Shown here: positions 40,933 to 55,199 of the stretch, piece by piece
Layout: each line of letters starts with the position of its first letter
How positions within the stretch are numbered: the first letter of the stretch is position 1
NCBI GenBank assembly: GCA_951406725.2
Contig: OX597819.1
Span: 107,136,001-107,200,000, forward strand
Direction: 5' to 3'
Source: Octopus vulgaris
Lineage: Eukaryota
Length of the DNA stretch: 64,000 bases
Position numbers and translations under genes: made by a program
The notes under the pieces: generated by a model
What the model was told of the DNA's origin: nothing
Databases searched by the model: none
Seen by the model: the letters and a program-made list of their open reading frames with translations, nothing else

Positions 40933-41017
<85 letters not shown>

Positions 41018-41151
41018 CAGATAGATAGATATATAGGTAGATAGGTCGATAGCTAGGTTAAAATATACAAGCACATATCTTTATCATCACCTCCTACGTT
41101 CTAATACACTGTATTATTCTATTAGGTATGTATATATCAATCTATCTATCC

Positions 41152-41190
<39 letters not shown>

Positions 41191-41233
41191 TACACCCATA
41201 CATCCATATATTCCTGCATGCATAACTCGCTCC

Positions 41234-41314
<81 letters not shown>

Positions 41315-41842
41315 TATAAATATGTGTATGTATGTATGTATTACTGTATGTATGTATGTATGTATGTATTTATGTGTGTATGTGTGTATGTATGAAAATA
41401 TATTTTTACGTAGTTACATCTCTGGTGGTAAGCGCAGATGTTTCAATATCAGTGAAAAAATACCCGATATAAAACCGATTATAACCAGCATATATTTTTT
41501 CCTTAATCTGATAATGTTGACACTTTGTAACTGCAAGATGTTTATATTGTAAATGTCAAATTTATCAGATTAAGAATAACAATACACATACTTACATATG
41601 GTTGGAAAGAGTATTTGTATTTGTGTGTGGGTGGGTCTCGGTGTTTGTGTGTGTCTTTATGAAGTTGAATATCTATGTTCGTTTCCAAGTATGCGATTTC
41701 GTGTTCATTACCATTACTCAGGAAATGACACCATTAACAAAGCCACACGATACGTACATACATAATACATACGTGAGAAAGTTAATTCGAAGATTACATC
41801 AATGGAACTGTGAAAATCTGTAAAACTTTCCAGAAGTTTATC

Positions 41843-41875
<33 letters not shown>

Positions 41876-41969
41876 CATTCATACACACATATAGTCAGAC
41901 AGATAAACAAACAGACAAACATATATACACAGTCCGATATATGCGCATGTACATATATATTATACATAC

Positions 41970-42361
41970 TCTCTTTTACCTGTTTCAGTAATTTGACTGC
42001 GGCCATGCTGGAGCACCGCCTTTAATCGAGCAACTCGACCCCGTGACCTATTCTTTGTAAGCTTATTCTATCGGTCTCTTTTTGCCGAACCGCTAGGTGA
42101 CGGGGACATAAACACACTAGCATCGGTTGTCAAGCAATGCTAGGGGGACAAACACAGACACACAAACACACACACATACATATATATATACATATATACG
42201 ACGGGCTTCTTTCAGTTTCCGTCTATCAAATCCACTCACAAGGCTTTGATCGGCCCTAGGCTATAGTTGAAGACACTTTCCCAAGGTGCCACGCAGTGGA
42301 GCTGAACCCGGAACCATATGGTTGGTAAACAAGCTACTTACCACACAGCCACTCCTGCGCC
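41970..42361 (-). mobile_element. tRNA-derived SINE
   Basis: Minus-strand head ggcgcaggagtggctgtgtggtaagtagc...ccgggttcagctcc; tail matches 40260-40330 and 62620-62715. Confidence 0.85.
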
Positions 42362-42530
42362 ACATATGATATATATGTATACAGGCGTGACTGTCATAAC
42401 AAGTATGCTTCTCAATTATATGTTTCTTATACATTCTAGCTACGTGGTACCTTCGGTAACTGATTCAACTGTATCCATGTACAGTCTTGTAATTTAATTT
42501 GGAAGACGGAACCGAATGAAACCTGTCGTA

Positions 42531-42595
<65 letters not shown>

Positions 42596-42618
42596 ATATA
42601 TATATATACATATATGTA

Positions 42619-42654
<36 letters not shown>

Positions 42655-42979
42655 TGTATGTATGTATGTATGTATATATGTGTGTGAGTGTGTGTATGTA
42701 TTTGGATGGACACCAGTGTGTGTGTACTAGTGTGTGTCCACATTATCGCTTGACAATCAGTGTCATTTTGGTTACGTCCCTTATGAGACCGATTTAATAA
42801 ACACCACGCTTTAAATATAAGAACTAAGATCTACTCTTTCGACTGAAATTCTTTAATGCAGTATACAAACAAACACACACATACACACACAACCCAATAT
42901 ATATGGGTGTTCATCTATGCATATATATATATTTGCATTTATACAGGTATGTATGCATGTACGTATGCAATACAATCCT

Positions 42980-43580
42980 TTCTACTACAGGCGCAAGATC
43001 TGAAATTGAGTAGGGGAGGTGGCCAGTCGATTAAATCGACTTCAGGACGTAACTGGTACTTAATTTATGGATTCCGAAAGGATGAAAGGAGAAGTCGACC
43101 TCGGCGGAATTTGAACCCAGAACGTAGCAGCAGACGTTATACCTATTTCTTTACTACTCACAAGGGGCTAAACACAGAGAGAACAAACAAGGACAGACAA
43201 ACGGATTAAGTTGATTACATCGACCCCAGAGCGTAACTGGTACTTAATTTATCGACCCCGAAGAGATGAAAGGCAAAGCTGACTTCGGCAGAATTTGAAC
43301 TTAGAACGTAACGGCAACCGAAATACCTATTTCTTTACTACCCACAAGGGGCTAAACACAGAGAGGACAAACAAGGACAGACAGACGGATTAAGTCGATT
43401 ATATCGAGCCCAGTGCGTAACTGGTACTTATTTCATCGACCCCGAAAGGAGGAAAGGCAAAGTCGACCTCGGCGGAATTTGAACTCAGAACGTAGCGGCA
43501 GATGAAATACCTAAAGTCGACCTCGGCGGAATTTGAACTCAGAACGTAGCGGCAGACGAAATACCGCTAAGCATTTCGCC
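42980..43580 (-). mobile_element. multimeric SINE (6 kb family), four core copies
   Basis: gtcgacctcggcggaatttgaac..agaacgtag repeated at ~43095, 43280, 43462 and 43517. Confidence 0.9.
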
Positions 43581-44257
43581 TGACCACCTTATGTATGTAA
43601 TACTATGTAATGTATAGCTTGTTTCCCTCTCGTTTACTTTTTGTTTCGTCTTTATTATAAACAGTAACGGTTTCTGACTAACGTAACTCATAATACCGTT
43701 GATGATTTAAGATCAACATTGCTTTACTTTAACTATATTTTAATTTATTTAAATCATTTAATTACATATCTTAATTCCATAATGTGGAATTCATGATATT
43801 TATTGCTAATGAAACACTTTGTGAGCCTAATTAAATTATAAACAATTTGCACAATTTTGTCTTTCAGTTTTTCTTTCTTATTCTTTTAATTCAAATTACG
43901 TGGTTTAATAGATAATTTTATCTATATACACGCAAGCCATTCCGCCCAGATTCATTACAATAATGTTCAGTGTTGTATTTTAACAGCCTATTATTTACTG
44001 GACTTGTAATTACCTTAGATGTTTCCTAGTATGTATATACATCGGTTATTTCTCTCTCTCTCTCTCCCACTCTCTCTCTCTCCCACTCTCTCTCTCCCAC
44101 TCTCTCTCTCCCACTCTCTCTCTCTCTCTCAATTTCTCTCCCACTCTCTTTCTCTCTCTCTCTCTCTCTCTCACACACTCTCTCTCAATTTCTCTCTCAC
44201 TCTCTCTGAATATAGATACATATATATGGATGTGCGTGTGTGTGCGCGAGCGCTTGT

Positions 44258-44339
<82 letters not shown>

Positions 44340-44394
44340 CAGATATTTTTAGCGTGCACGTATGTGTACGTACTTACGCATTTAGTGCTGACTT

Positions 44395-44870
44395 ACTCTT
44401 GGAGAATTCCAACCACCTTTTGTGATTCGCTAACTCAACGATTCCCTTATAGGATCCAGTGGCTAAACACATCATCAGGAGTAACCACATCCAGTTCCGG
44501 CCGTACTCCTCTACCGTTTTCCGACGTGGCGGGGCCATCACTTTCATAGGTGTCTTCATCTCTGGTGTTGAGTGCTTTTTTTTTATTCTTTATATTTTTG
44601 TTCTTTGATTTCTTCTTTGCAGTTTCAACGAATGTCAGTGGGTGAATAACCAGCCTGACAAATTTCCCCTTAACTACTTGCCAGTAGCCTCCAGCAGCCA
44701 GCGCCAGCTATCTGTCACGTGACACAATCTAAGCTTCAGCAAAACGGTAGAGGAGTGGGGACCAAAACCGGACGTGGTTCCTCCTGATGATGTCCTTAGA
44801 TACTGGATTCTATAAAGGGGCTGTTGAGTTAGCGAACCACGAAACGTGGTTTGAATTCTCCATGGGAGGA
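44395..44870. repeat. inverted repeat cassette, arms ~125-145 bp
   Basis: 44395-44520 is inverted at 44721-44868; similar peptides appear on opposite strands in the ORF track. Confidence 0.85.
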
Positions 44871-45310
44871 TATATTCGAATTTGTGTGTACGACAAAAGG
44901 TAAAGTTGATAATCGAAATATTTGAACTCAAGTCTTTGGGAAATCGAACGAAATACAGAATAAAATTGTTTGATGATGTGCAAATTCTTCTAACTGACCG
45001 ATTTTGGAGATAAATTTGATTCTGCATGTCATGGAAACAGGTTAGCAAAGTAGATTTTCCATAAAGCGCAGAATAAGTATATTATCTTGCATGATTGTTC
45101 GGCTAAGCGGCATTGTTGGTCTGCAATTATTCGCTTAGCTGAAAATGACATGTGTTGTGGCAAACATCATAGATGTAAACGCCATAGTTAGTAGGGACAA
45201 GAAATAACAATTGTAGCATCAGTGTGTACTTTAATGATTACTTGAATTTTCCTGTCATGGTTTAATGAAGCGTCCAACTTAAGACTGTCTGACTGCGTGC
45301 GCGCTGTTGA

Positions 45311-45435
<125 letters not shown>

Positions 45436-45447
45436 TCATACATATGA

Positions 45448-45750
45448 AGGCGTAAGATTCAGTGGTTAGAATATTCGCTCAGAATCGTAAAGACGTGGGT
45501 TCTGTTACTGTTGGTGCATCATGTCCTTTAGCAAGAAGCTTTATTTTACATTCCTCCAGAATCCTCAGAGTTGTACCTCTTACTCAGTTGGCGACCCTTG
45601 TCACAATTCTAAGTAAAACTGAACCTCCCTGACAACTAGGGTAATGGTATACCTAACCGTGAAGTGCTCAGCCGTTTGCACGTTAATTTCTTTAGCAGTC
45701 TTTTCTCTTAATCGAATTGATTGGAACACACATCGTGCTAACAGACGGAG
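45448..45750 (+). mobile_element. decayed tRNA-derived SINE
   Basis: Shares agtggttag head and tgctcagcc..ttgcacgttaatttc with 1091-1350. Confidence 0.7.
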
Positions 45751-45797
45751 AACTTACTCACAACCATCACATCAACATATATGTATGTGTGTATATG

Positions 45798-45845
<48 letters not shown>

Positions 45846-45893
45846 CATTTGTATGTGTATATATATATATATACATATGTATACATCTATATG

Positions 45894-45935
<42 letters not shown>

Positions 45936-46836
45936 TGTATATATATATACATATATATAGATATATATATGCATATGTATATGTATATGTATATACATAT
46001 ATATACATATACATGCGTATAAGAAGAGATGACCACTAAGTAGACATCCATTATGCAAGAAGTAGCTCACCTACGATCTAACCACAAAGAAAAGAATGTT
46101 CTCTAGAAGATTTCAGATTTTTCTATATACTAGGCTGCTGGTTTTAAATTGATGTTAATTAAATTAATATTTAATTTATCACCCTCATTATTTCAATTTT
46201 AAATATTTATGTTCTCTAACCGGCAACATTAACTGCAGTGAATTATCTTCTGCAGAACTGTTTCCGGGATTTAGTGCGCCAGAGCTGAGACATTTGAAAA
46301 TAACCCCAATGTCATCGGTAGAACTGTACACACGTCTAATTTTATGCGGACAATGCGTATATAGTTCTACAAATTATATTTAATTAGAACGGTCGTATTG
46401 AAGAGTCCACGGACGGTGTTACGTAAATGAAATGACTTGTCTTTTACACAAGCCGGGGGGAAAAGGTTAAAATTTAAGTTAGCTTTAGGAACACCAAATC
46501 ACGTGTACAACTTTGGTTGGACCAGCACCCTGTTCAGATGGTATTTGAAATGCACTTAAATTGTACCCTAACGAAGCGGCAACATTAATTAACACCTAAA
46601 TGTTCATCAAGATGCAAAATTTGCAGTGTGCACTGACTAGCATCGGAAACATATGTAGGTACTGGCATGAAAAGATGTGATTAATTGTATATCAAAACCT
46701 TGATATGTAAATCTCTTTTCTCCTAATTTATTACAATATATGTTTTCGATCCAACATGTACATAATATTGTATATAGCTTTATATGTACATCGAGGAGCA
46801 ATTGCCAAAATGCATCATATATATGTGTGTGTGTGT

Positions 46837-46895
<59 letters not shown>

Positions 46896-47491
46896 TGTGC
46901 GTGTGTGTGTGTGCGTGTGCTATCCAGAAGTAGGATTATATGTACTTTCAGACTTGCGTTTGGGCTTCTGTCAAGTGTGAATAGATAAGTGAAAAAAATA
47001 GTCAATAAAGAGCAATACTGTGGGACATTTATTTTCAATCACTACAATTGTTTCTACGCAACGTAGTTCTCCAGGTGTGCAGGTACTTGATTATGCAATC
47101 GTTTCCCTGTATTTTGATATCTAGTTGTGTTTCCTCAGGCAATATATTAATATTTTCTCCGCAACTTCAACTTCTCGGCTACAAGAGCATCCCCTCTGCC
47201 TGTTGTGGCTTGAAGCTAATAGTAGCCATTGGGTTTTCAAAGTGTGTTGTCACTGAAGGACCGTAGGCAAACTGATATTAATGTGTAGATACAGTGGGAT
47301 GATGATTCTGCAACTCCAAAATTGTTTGCCGTTTTAAAGTGATTGCTATTCAATTTCTTTGTACTTTAAGACTCGACCCATACGTGCACATGTATGGTCC
47401 TTATGCATACTGATGCTCAGATACATACACAAACACACTCATACCCACATATACACGCGCACACGCAATCATATATGTATATTATAATTAT

Positions 47492-47786
47492 AAGGATTAT
47501 TACAAAGCTGCATAGCACTACCCCTAGTTCTTTTAATATATATACCGCTTTACGTAGACCTACACATGTTTCAATTGCAACTATATAGATAAACGAAATA
47601 CTTTAAAAGTTAAATCGAAGTATATTAAGTAAAGATCTCGAAGAAACTGCACTGGTGTTATAGTAGGGTTGCAATTGCAACGGTTACTAATCAGTGCAGC
47701 TGAAACATGTGTAGATCTATGTAAAACTGTATACATTTATATTAAAAGAATTAAAGGTAATGCTATGCAACTTCATATCACTCCTT
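47492..47786. repeat. inverted repeat cassette containing a hammerhead-like motif
   Basis: 47492-47578 is inverted at 47696-47786; plus strand 47633-47718 reads agauc UCGAAGA a acugcacug...cagugcagc u GAAAC augu GUA gaucu. Confidence 0.7.
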
Positions 47787-47935
47787 ACTATTATTATTTT
47801 TGATATATATATATATATATATATTGGCCTGCTCGCTTAGCCAGCGGGGTGGCGTCATTCGAAGGCTAAAACAATGCGAATGCATTGTGACCAGAGATGT
47901 GTAACAACATCTGATGGTCTGGTCGGTCACGTGAT

Positions 47936-47996
<61 letters not shown>

Positions 47997-48809
47997 AAGA
48001 CCTCATAAAGAAGAATGGAGAATTTATGCATCTTCAAAATTTGCTTATTATCGTATTATTTTCATTAAATTCACTTCTTAAATTTCAGTACGGCACGTGT
48101 TTCTGCTAGATAAGTTTTTTTAATGTCCTTTGATGTAACATTTGCACATGCACTTAGTTGGTTCAGTTGTAGAACATATTCTTCCAGGGTAGACATTTCA
48201 AAGCAACATTGCACAAAGTGTACCCATCCAGTTGGGTGAATTCCAGTTTTAGATAGACCCTTTGAAATCATATTTTAAGAGGGCTGTCATAAATATTTAG
48301 GGTACACGACAGTAGGCATAGCTTAAAAAAATTATATGGCTATAATTCTGGCATCATTTAAATGACGTTTTTAGTATCTAAGGGAATAGACTATTTTATA
48401 ATCGTAGCTGAAGAAAAAAAAAACGAATTAGGCCAGAATGCATTCACTTCACCTACCACTCGTCATGCAGATATAATAATACGATATAGGATAAATAGAT
48501 ATATATCAATGGAAACGAAAGTAGGAGGAAATGAATGAATTGCGTTTAAATTTGGGTATTTAGACTAGTCTATATCCATAAACTTTGATACTTTTATAAA
48601 TGTTTGAAGTGTAATATCCAATGCGATGAGTAAAGTATGTTGAAATTCTAATCATATTTAATCACAATCCACAAAAAAGTCTCTATTTCGAGGTTTATTT
48701 TGAGATTGGTAAAATCTAAGCGGAATAGATTTACGATTACTTGACGTCTATCTATGTTTATATCCCATTATAATTCTCATTTGGAAAATATTTAGATACT
48801 TTGTAAATG

Positions 48810-51770
48810 AATGTGCACATTTTAGAGATAAATCGTTTCTGTAATTTAATAACCTGTAATTAGATTTAAAGATATGAATATTTCTTCAAAACATAGATTA
48901 CATTCGGAGCTGTCAATGGTAAATGGTGAAGCGCTGACTTGCACATTTAATATCATATTTAATGTTTTTATACATTAAAGACGAAATGAACCCACTGAAA
49001 CTGGAAGAATTCATTTTTTTCTTTATTTTTGTGAAAAGAAGGTGGTTACGTAATCTTTTCTTAAATTGAATAAAACACGAACAAATGCAATAATTACAAA
49101 TACAATCAACTGCTACCGTACATCCATAAACTGTCTCTCTGATGCATTGCTATTCAGTCGGACTCCTCTTACAGCTACAATTATACTTACTAATATTAAA
49201 CCTATGCTTGCTACTAACAGAAGTGTAAAGTACTCCGTCTATATTATTACGTATTATTCTACTGGTATTATTAGTCTACTTATAGATTTGTTATGTCGCA
49301 CGTTCGGATGCCTCTAATACTCTACCTGACTCCGCTCTGTTCTACTCTCCTAACATCCGAGCTTCTTCCTCTATATCTACGTACTGGGCTACACTACTTA
49401 ATCGTTTGGGGGCGTCTACACAAGATTATTTGGTCCATATATTTGAAATGAGTGTCGATTAGGCCCAAATATCTCCCATATACTATCTTCTGTAGGCTCT
49501 CTCTTGTTTTCACTACCATTGCGAGCCAATTGTCCCTCTAGAATCATTTATAGTCGCCATTGTTATCTATACGTATTTGATTCATATCATAAACCTTATT
49601 TATATATTCTTTGACATCATTCTTAGGGATAGAGAATGATTGTAGAGGGATAATTGGCTCTCAATGAGAGTGAAAACAATAGAGAGCCTACAGAAGCTAG
49701 TATATGGGAGATATTTGGGCCTAAGTGACACTCATTTCAAATATATGGACCCAGTAACGAATCTACTAACACACCCATTTTAATCTTGTTGTGTAGACGC
49801 CCCCAGACGATGAAGTAGGCTAGCCCAGTACGTAGATATAGAGGGAGAAGCCTAGACGTCAGGAGAGTAGAACAGAGCGGAGTCGAGTAGAGTAGTAGAG
49901 GCATCCGAACGTGCGACATAACAGTGGGGTTTAAAAACTCTAAAGGGGGATGTGTTGTGTAGATGCCCCCAGACGATGAAGTAGACTAGCCCAATATGCG
50001 TATATTTATTATTACATCAATTTAGTTATTATTTTCGATCCTTATATTATTACTATTTATATTAGTTTAATTATTTGTGTTTACTGAGCTCTTATTACTT
50101 AATTCTGTAATCCTCCTCAAATTTTGTGCTGCAATAAATTAGGCTGGATTCCTACTCGCCGAAAAGTTAAACCTAATCGTGTGCCGATTGAAAATCTGAC
50201 TGTATTTGCTAGATGTGAAAAAGTGCCTATCAAATGCAACGAAAATTTTTTCAGGTATGCTTGTGGACATATGTGTTCTAAAGACTGTATTATACCTCAG
50301 TATATGCCTTGATTTATTATTTTTTTTAGAGAGTAGTCACTATTTTGTTTAACAGCTTCATTTGTATGTGTACTGAATGTTTTCTTAAAACTCTATTACT
50401 AATACTCTGATTATGATGGGGTTTACTTAAACTTATATATTTATCAATTATGCGATTATTTTTATTGTTTTGATTTTCGGCATGGTGACTAGAAATTTCA
50501 TTGTCCTTGTGAAGGTTCTTTGTTTTATGTTCACTTTATTTATTATCTATACCTATTTGATTCATATCATAAACCTTATTCATATATTCTTTGACATCAT
50601 TCTTATGGATAGGGAATATTTTATCCCTATATCCAGCTTCAGATAGAGCAGTGTTATAGTACATTTCATTATTCCGTCGTTGGGACATAAGAGCTACGAA
50701 GAGAATTATTTCTAACGATAGAACCAGTAATATTTTTAGGCTGATTAAAATTTTTACTTAAGTATTTAAGGTTATCATAGGGCTTGTCGTCTGTTTGGTA
50801 TGCTCTGGTATCCAGATCCACATTAGCATATATCAAATTCACATTACCGTGTTAATTTTCAATAGAAATATTAATCCTAATAATTTAAAATGCCATTTTT
50901 CTGGGATTTTTCTATACTTACATCACTAGATTTATATACCGTAAAGAGAGCGTTGCCCCTATATAATCATCCCATCATTTTTAAACATTCTCTTTTATTG
51001 ATTTTTAGATATAAATAAGCACAAAGACTGTTACTTGGGCGAAATCCTTGGAGCACAGTAATATCAAACTGGTAGGGTTTCTCTTTCCTTATCCAGTCTT
51101 TTTCTTAAAATTCAATTATGGATTTATTGCAGCTGGTATAATATCTATTTCTTCTCTTTGATAAGATTGAGTTTCTGATTGCGAATATTAAGTAAAATTG
51201 CGCTAATTGATGCACAGTAATTAGATACGTATAATTGTATGAATTGAATGCGCTTTTTTTTAATACTTAAAGTCAGTGAACAATCTATAGCTTTCTACGA
51301 ACTAGTTAAATTTGATTTGATAAGTTAAGTTTATTTAAATTTATAAGTTTTGTATGTGTTTGTCAATATAACTTTTTTAATCATGTCTATATCCGATTTG
51401 CAAGGGCATATAAGGTTAATTCTAGGAGCTTTAGTGAGGTAATGTTTTGTTCTATCTTCTAGGTGCAACTCCCTTCTATTTACATTGCCTATAAGCTCGT
51501 ATTTAATAGGTTTTTTAGTAGTTATTTTATAATTTTTTTAAATAATTTATTTCCTAATTGTAGAGGAACAGAGATTATATTCTAAGTACTTTAAATTACT
51601 AGTTTTATATGCGTCCACTAGAATTCCAGCCGTTCTCAGGTGTTGGTTCATAAGTAAAGGGTAATGGTGGAACTTTACGTTCCGGATGATATTCCAAAGT
51701 TCTTCATTAAATACCAGGAGCAATGGATTAGAAGGTGTAATCCTCCGAAATATAAATGATGTATTTTAAT
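48810..51770 (-). mobile_element. decayed Penelope-like element (Naiad-type): RT plus C-terminal GIY-YIG endonuclease
   Basis: Minus-strand remnants NLICPCKSDI, FIQLYVSNYCASI, WIRK..QFDIT, LYRGNAL, YNTALSEAGY, DRHF..KYSQIFNRHTI, YNCSC, FKKRLRNH, CNLCFEE, LLNYRN, KCAH occur in the expected order. Confidence 0.8.
49289..49923. repeat. long inverted repeat, arms ~260-290 bp
   Basis: 49289-49548 is inverted at 49635-49923. Confidence 0.92.
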
Positions 51771-51912
51771 ACGTCATCGTTATCAATCAGATCATTGTCC
51801 ATTTCTTTTCTATCAAAGAGACTACCTCCCAAAATGCAATATTAAAAATATTATTGATAAAACTAACTCTTTTATACGCCGCATGTGATGTATGTATACA
51901 TAACTATATCTC

Positions 51913-51988
<76 letters not shown>

Positions 51989-52078
51989 ACCATCTCTCTA
52001 TTTATCTATCTATCTCAATCTCTATCTCTCTCAATATCTGTCTCTCTTTCTCCCCTCTTTGTGTACATTGATATATAT

Positions 52079-52110
<32 letters not shown>

Positions 52111-52111
52111 C

Positions 52112-52157
<46 letters not shown>

Positions 52158-52483
52158 TATAGATAGATAGATAGATAGATAGATAGATTAATGCTTCTCT
52201 TTTTGTCAGACCTGAAAGGCTAGGACGACTTGCAATAAGTAATTGAGAACAAATATTAACTGGCCTTTTATTCGACATTCAAGTGGTTCTGTGGATAAGA
52301 TTCATTAATTTTTTATATCATGTCGTGATATAATACTCGTTCTCGTTCCTTTCTTCTTTGCCCTGTTTGCCAACATGAATTCATTCTTCGAAACGCTACA
52401 CGGGAGACGAATTCACGTAATAAAAGATGTGTTATATTTTCGCACTTCAAAAGAGAAGTAGACTCCGCCTCATCTCCTGACAG

Positions 52484-52538
<55 letters not shown>

Positions 52539-52562
52539 ACACACACACGCATACGCAAAAAA

Positions 52563-52594
<32 letters not shown>

Positions 52595-53188
52595 ACAACT
52601 AAATTTGTTTTTGTTAGTAATGGTCTTTGAAGTACATCACAAACAGCGCTTCAGTTTAGCATGTTAATATAACTTATGTGATGCACTTCGAGAAGTATTA
52701 TAGTCACGTGAACAACTCAATGATATAGTATGTATTCGTGAATACATGTGTATAATACATGTATGCGTGTGCATAAGTGTGTATGCGAGATGATTATATA
52801 ATGATGTAATATAAGAAGAAATATAAATAATAATAAAGCCATGGCCACTAAAATCTTCTATGTCAAGGCAATTGCAAATTTGAATATTATGCACCCGGGT
52901 GGTAACTTTAGATTTTTACTGTCATTATTAAGACACATATAAGGTGGCAGAATTGTTACCGCTCCAGGAAAAAAGCTAAGCGGCACTGTATCTTTCAAAC
53001 TCCGCTAAGGTAGACTTTGCCTCTCATTATTTCAAACTCTTTAAAACAAGTACAAATTGAGCAACAGAGTCGATGTGATTGACTTAGCCCGTCCACGAAA
53101 TAAGTTGCTGGTTTTGTGCCAAAATTAGGAGTGGTTAATCAGACGTAGTTATGTAATCATCTCGCATACACACTTTTGTACACGCATG

Positions 53189-53262
<74 letters not shown>

Positions 53263-53267
53263 CATGT

Positions 53268-53570
53268 GTGGAGGCGCAATGGCCCAGTGGTTACGGTAGC
53301 GGACTCACGGTCGTACGATCACGGTTTCGATTCCCAGACCGGGCGTTGTGAATGTTTATTGAGCGAAAACACCTAAAGATCCGCGAGGCCCCAGCAAGGG
53401 GTGGTGGCGATCACTGCTGTACTCTTTCGCTACAACTTTCTCTCACTCTTTCCTCTGTTGGCCTGTTCGCTTAGCCAGCGGAGTAGCGTCATTTTAAGGC
53501 TAAAGCAATGCGAAGCGGATTGTAACCAGCGATGTGTAGCAACATCTGATATCCTGGTCGGTCACGGTGA
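53268..53570 (+). mobile_element. tRNA-derived SINE
   Basis: Head shared with 15227; 3' part shared with 47826-47940. Confidence 0.85.
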
Positions 53571-53589
53571 TCATATATATACATATATA

Positions 53590-54389
53590 CGAGGTCTGAT
53601 CAATAAGTATCCTGACTGTTGCTGTAGTAACGAGGCTAAAGACGCAGAGTGAAGCCGCTAGGCACGGATTGACCTTAAACTCTACTGTACATACGCACTA
53701 CGTTTTAATGTTCTAACTCACTTCTGCTGACCATGACAGAAAAAGTTGCCATGGCGATACCTCCTCAAAGGCCTGTAAAGTTGCAGAAAGTGTTTGGAGG
53801 GGAGTGTTTGACCCATACACAAGTGTACGAGTGGTTCAGCTGTTTCCAAGATGGCCGAAAATATGTTGATACTGAGGAACCAGCAGATCTGAGAAAAGTA
53901 TCGCAGATGTGCATGCAGCTGTGAGGGGAAATCTTCGAATCACCATCCGTGAGTTATCAGAGGTTGTGCAGATTATTTACGGTCTTGTCCATTATCACTG
54001 AAGATTTTGGTATGAGACTCGTGTCTACCAAGTTTGTGCCAAAGCTGCTTTCAGATGACCAAAGGGAGGTTTTAGTTACACAAGATCTCTTTGATTGTGT
54101 CGAGGACAATGAAAACCTGCGTAGGACTCTGAGCAGGAATCACCAAGATTTTATTAAAATTTGATGCAGATTCTCTGCTCACCTTACTCCGTCATGGTCA
54201 ATGCGACCATCATACGCTACACACCTTCATTGCAAGCACTACTGTAAACATCAGAAGTGAGCTAGAACGTTAGGACTCAGTGTGCATGCACAGTAGAGTT
54301 CAAGGTGAATATGTGCCAAGTAGCTTCACTCTGCCTGCTTTAGCATCTTTACTATAGAAAGAGTCCGGATACTTATTGATCAGACCACG
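53590..54389 (+). mobile_element. internally deleted mariner transposon
   Basis: TIRs cgaggtctgatcaataagtatcc / ggatacttattgatcagaccacg extending ~140 bp, TA flanks; peptides QVYEWFSCFQDGR and VSTKFVPKLLS (WVPHEL-like). Confidence 0.92.
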
Positions 54390-55199
54390 TATACAATATA
54401 TGCATATACATGTGTCTATGGGCGAAGCGACTTCAGGCTTTTGATCAGCTGAATTATTTGCTCCAAAAGGGACTTATATGTGGTTGTGAATTCCATTGAC
54501 AGGAATAGACTTTAATGTAACTTTTTACACAGAATCACTGGAACGGCGTGTGTGGAAAAGCTTTCTCTTTTCAACTTCATGCACAAGCCAATGGACTTCT
54601 TTTTAGTTTTCTCCAAAATCATTTTCATTCACAAAGTACGGTTTTACCTGCGCAAAAGAAATTTTTGCAGATTTTCTACCATGCAGCTGTATTGCGCCCA
54701 ATATATATATATATATTGACACACATACATGCGTACATATATATATACGTGCGCGCGTGTCTACGTGCGTGTGTGTCTGTACATATCTTTGTGTGGATGT
54801 GTGTGTGTGTAACGTATATTTTCGTTTACGGGTATACCATCGTTCTGAGAAATACATCAATTTTTCGGAAAACGCAGAAAGTTAAAGTACTGTGTATTAA
54901 TATTGATTAAGCTCTCCAACACGTTATTCAGCATGGTTGCAATCCAACGCTGAAATTCAATGAACGTATAAAAAGAATGGGAAATGAAAGAATATGCTAA
55001 TATAATGATACATTTGTGAAAAATATATGAAAATAAATATTAAACATATGCTTATGTGTAAGCATTATATATGGAATCTCTGATTTAATAAAACCAGTAA
55101 ATATATTAATACAGATAATCCGATAACCATCATTATAATATCTACAGACAAACACATAAATCTATATATTTTGAATTGTTATAAGCTGCAAGTCAACGT

